NCBI GenBank assembly: GCA_964654645.1
Contig: CAZZJO010000048.1
Location: 400-64,399 of the forward strand
Direction: 5' to 3'
Length of the DNA stretch: 64,000 nucleotides
DNA from: an uncultured Verrucomicrobiota bacterium
GTDB lineage: Bacteria; Verrucomicrobiota; Verrucomicrobiia; Limisphaerales; CAZZJO01
Shown: in pieces, positions 62,088 to 64,000 of the stretch
How positions within the stretch are numbered: the first letter of the stretch is position 1
Layout of the letters: the number at the start of each line of letters is the position of its first letter
Translations under genes and position numbers: made by a program
Notes under the pieces: model-generated
Database searches by the model: none
What the model was told of the DNA's origin: nothing
The model's input: the letters and a program-made list of their open reading frames with translations, nothing else

Positions 62088-63109
62088 TCGGCCAAGACAT
62101 TAACTCGTTACTTCGTCGCTCAGCCAGATCCTTTTATCTAACCCTGAAAATCCTACCACGCCCTATCCGTCCACAACTTAGCATCGGATACCTGCTAGCG
62201 CGAATCTCGGACACCATTTGCGATACCGAAGCAATCCTACCAACAAAACGGCTGGAGGTCCTCGACCAATTTCTCACAGCTGTACTTGAAGGTCCGCACA
62301 AGTTCCCGGACCTTCTCATATTCATCCAACACCAAGCTAAACCCATCGACAAGGAACTTCTTGAAATTGCCCAACGGGGTGTAGTCCTGCTCCACTCACT
62401 TCCGGAATTTGATAAAGCCGTACTCCAACGCACCCTAAAAATCATTGTACAGGGACAACGGTTTGACCTTGTTACCTTCGGCCAAGAACTTACTCAACCC
62501 AAACCAATCCCCCTACGTGATGAGGCTGAGTTGGAAAACTACACGTACTCTGTAGCCGGGTGTGTAGGCGAATTATGGACCGAGTTGTGTCACCGACACT
62601 TGTTCCCGAATGCCCGAATCGACATGGCACTGGCCCTTCAACGCGCCGTACGATTTGGGAAAGCCCTTCAATTGGTCAACATACTTCGCGATCTTGCTCA
62701 GGACCTACGCCGGAATAGATGCTACATCCCAGCCGATCAACTCGCTAAATACGACCTTAACCCCGTAGATTTGTTGGCCCCTGGCAACTGGCCCAAATTC
62801 AAACCTCTGTATCTAACCTACACGCGCCTTGCCCGAAAATATTTCAAAGACGCTTGGCTTTACACGCGGGCCATCCCACAAAACCAATTCAGGGTTCGAC
62901 TCGCCTGTGCATGGCCAATCCTTATTGGGCTAAAAACTTTGGCGTTACTAGAAGCCTCTAATCCCCTCGACCCATCTACAGCCATAAAGATTCCACGCTC
63001 ACACGTCCGCTCCATAATTTTGCGCACGATAGCAGGTTACCCTATACCCGGTTTTTGGGACGCCCTATACCGCGCTTCAGGCGGACTCCCTCTAACATCA
63101 AACACCTAA
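62075..63109 (+). CDS. Squalene/phytoene synthase family (trans-isoprenyl diphosphate synthase head-to-head) protein
   Basis: RSARSFYLTLKILPRPIR, YLLARISDTICD (first Asp-rich-type motif), YSVAGCVGELW, LQLVNILRDLAQDLRRNRCYIP (second motif region). The ATG overlaps the argH 3' end by 13 nt. Confidence 0.8.
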   Translation: MAIVIGQDINSLLRRSARSFYLTLKILPRPIRPQLSIGYLLARISDTICDTEAILPTKRLEVLDQFLTAVLEGPHKFPDLLIFIQHQAKPIDKELLEIAQRGVVLLHSLPEFDKAVLQRTLKIIVQGQRFDLVTFGQELTQPKPIPLRDEAELENYTYSVAGCVGELWTELCHRHLFPNARIDMALALQRAVRFGKALQLVNILRDLAQDLRRNRCYIPADQLAKYDLNPVDLLAPGNWPKFKPLYLTYTRLARKYFKDAWLYTRAIPQNQFRVRLACAWPILIGLKTLALLEASNPLDPSTAIKIPRSHVRSIILRTIAGYPIPGFWDALYRASGGLPLTSNT

Positions 63110-63308
63110 CCACAGCAATTAAGCTCCCTACCAAACTGGCTGTTCGGTTAAATCCTCTGGACAGCCATCAATTGAACTTATGTTATTCACCCTAGAGCAT
63201 TCACACAGAAAGAATCCACCCAGCTAATCACTGACTCCGATCCCAACCTTTTTACAAGGAAGGCAGTAGACAGCCCACGAGTGTAGAATCCCTATGATCG
63301 ACAAACCT

Positions 63309-64000
63309 TTAGCCGTTTGAGATGTTGAGGTAGGTATAGTCTCGCAACTCACGCTCGTAATCGTCGAGCAATCGCATTGCTTCGGAGGGTTTCATTCTAT
63401 CAGTCTTTATAGCTTCGTCCACCTGTGCCTTCATCTGTCGCTTAAGTTCGTTTTCATCATACTGAACAGCCGATAAGGTTTGAATAATCGTGGACCCCTC
63501 GATGACGTCTTCGATGTAATATCCTGCGGGCTCGTCTGGATCTAGAAATACGTGGACTTCATTGACTCGCCCGAACAAGTTATGAAGGTCGCCCATGATA
63601 TCTTGGTAAGCACCCATGAGGAAGATGCCTAGGTAATAGGGTTCTATTTTCCCTGCGCCATTTCTGATGAGAGGATGCACTGGCAAGGTTTGGCGCATGC
63701 CCCTGATATCGATAAATTTGTTTACCTGTCCGTCCGAATCGCAAGTAATGTCCACCAATATAGCCTCCCGGGTTGGCGGTTCGTTAAGCCTGCTAATTGG
63801 CATGATTGGGAAGAGTTGTCCCAAAGCCCAATGATCGAGCAACGATTGGAAAACCGAAAAGTTACACAGGTACTGGTCGCACAGCTCGTCTCGCAACCGC
63901 TCGATCTCTTCGGGGATAAACACTTCACCTTTGTAGCTTTCAGCTATGGCGTGGCAAATCTCCCAGTACAAAGTTTCCACCTTCGCTTTTTCTTCTAATC
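63309..64000 (-). CDS. speA: Biosynthetic arginine decarboxylase, C-terminal part (5' end beyond window)
   Basis: Collinear with the E. coli SpeA C-terminus: YLCNFSVFQSLLDHWALGQLFPIMPISRLNEPPTREAILVDITCDSDG...YYLGIFLMGAYQDIMGDLHNLFG...YTYL. The frame stays open to position 64000. Confidence 0.9.
   Translation of the reverse strand, partial: LEEKAKVETLYWEICHAIAESYKGEVFIPEEIERLRDELCDQYLCNFSVFQSLLDHWALGQLFPIMPISRLNEPPTREAILVDITCDSDGQVNKFIDIRGMRQTLPVHPLIRNGAGKIEPYYLGIFLMGAYQDIMGDLHNLFGRVNEVHVFLDPDEPAGYYIEDVIEGSTIIQTLSAVQYDENELKRQMKAQVDEAIKTDRMKPSEAMRLLDDYERELRDYTYLNISNG

Overview
Gene-dense chromosomal segment with about 44 credible CDS, one riboswitch, two clear intrinsic terminators and one candidate promoter. 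I saw no rRNA, tRNA, CRISPR array, transposase, integrase or prophage genes. The content suggests a PVC-group (Verrucomicrobiota-like) genome: three PEP-CTERM-anchored secreted proteins, an FG-GAP/VCBS propeller protein, very large multi-PAS sensor kinases and pectin-type glycoside hydrolases. This taxonomic call is inference only. Recognisable housekeeping genes are gap, ubiE/menG, sufBC, a separate sufD-sufU-sufT-sufS block, infC, recA, rpoD, apt, a class I DAHP synthase, infA, yjbQ, rnhC, recG, thiC, argH and the 3' part of speA. The ORF track accepts TTG/GTG starts, so several starts were moved to more plausible ATGs, as noted per feature. Many listed ORFs are antisense shadows of real genes. 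The most interesting observations are: (1) a TPP riboswitch-thiC operon whose second gene is an internally duplicated protein-kinase-fold protein (one catalytically intact-looking half, one degenerate half) that matches no known thiamine gene; (2) an ORF-poor gap of about 1 kb (8.8-9.9 kb) with GNRA-capped hairpins and repeated motifs, a candidate structured RNA that does not match RNase P or tmRNA; (3) a 1297-aa sensor kinase whose extracytoplasmic domain is five tandem YgiW/BOF-like OB-fold modules; (4) tandem catalytic-domain-less P-domain-like PEP-CTERM paralogs; (5) a galactokinase homolog that has lost all GHMP motifs; (6) an RpoD with a histone-like lysine-rich N-terminal tail.
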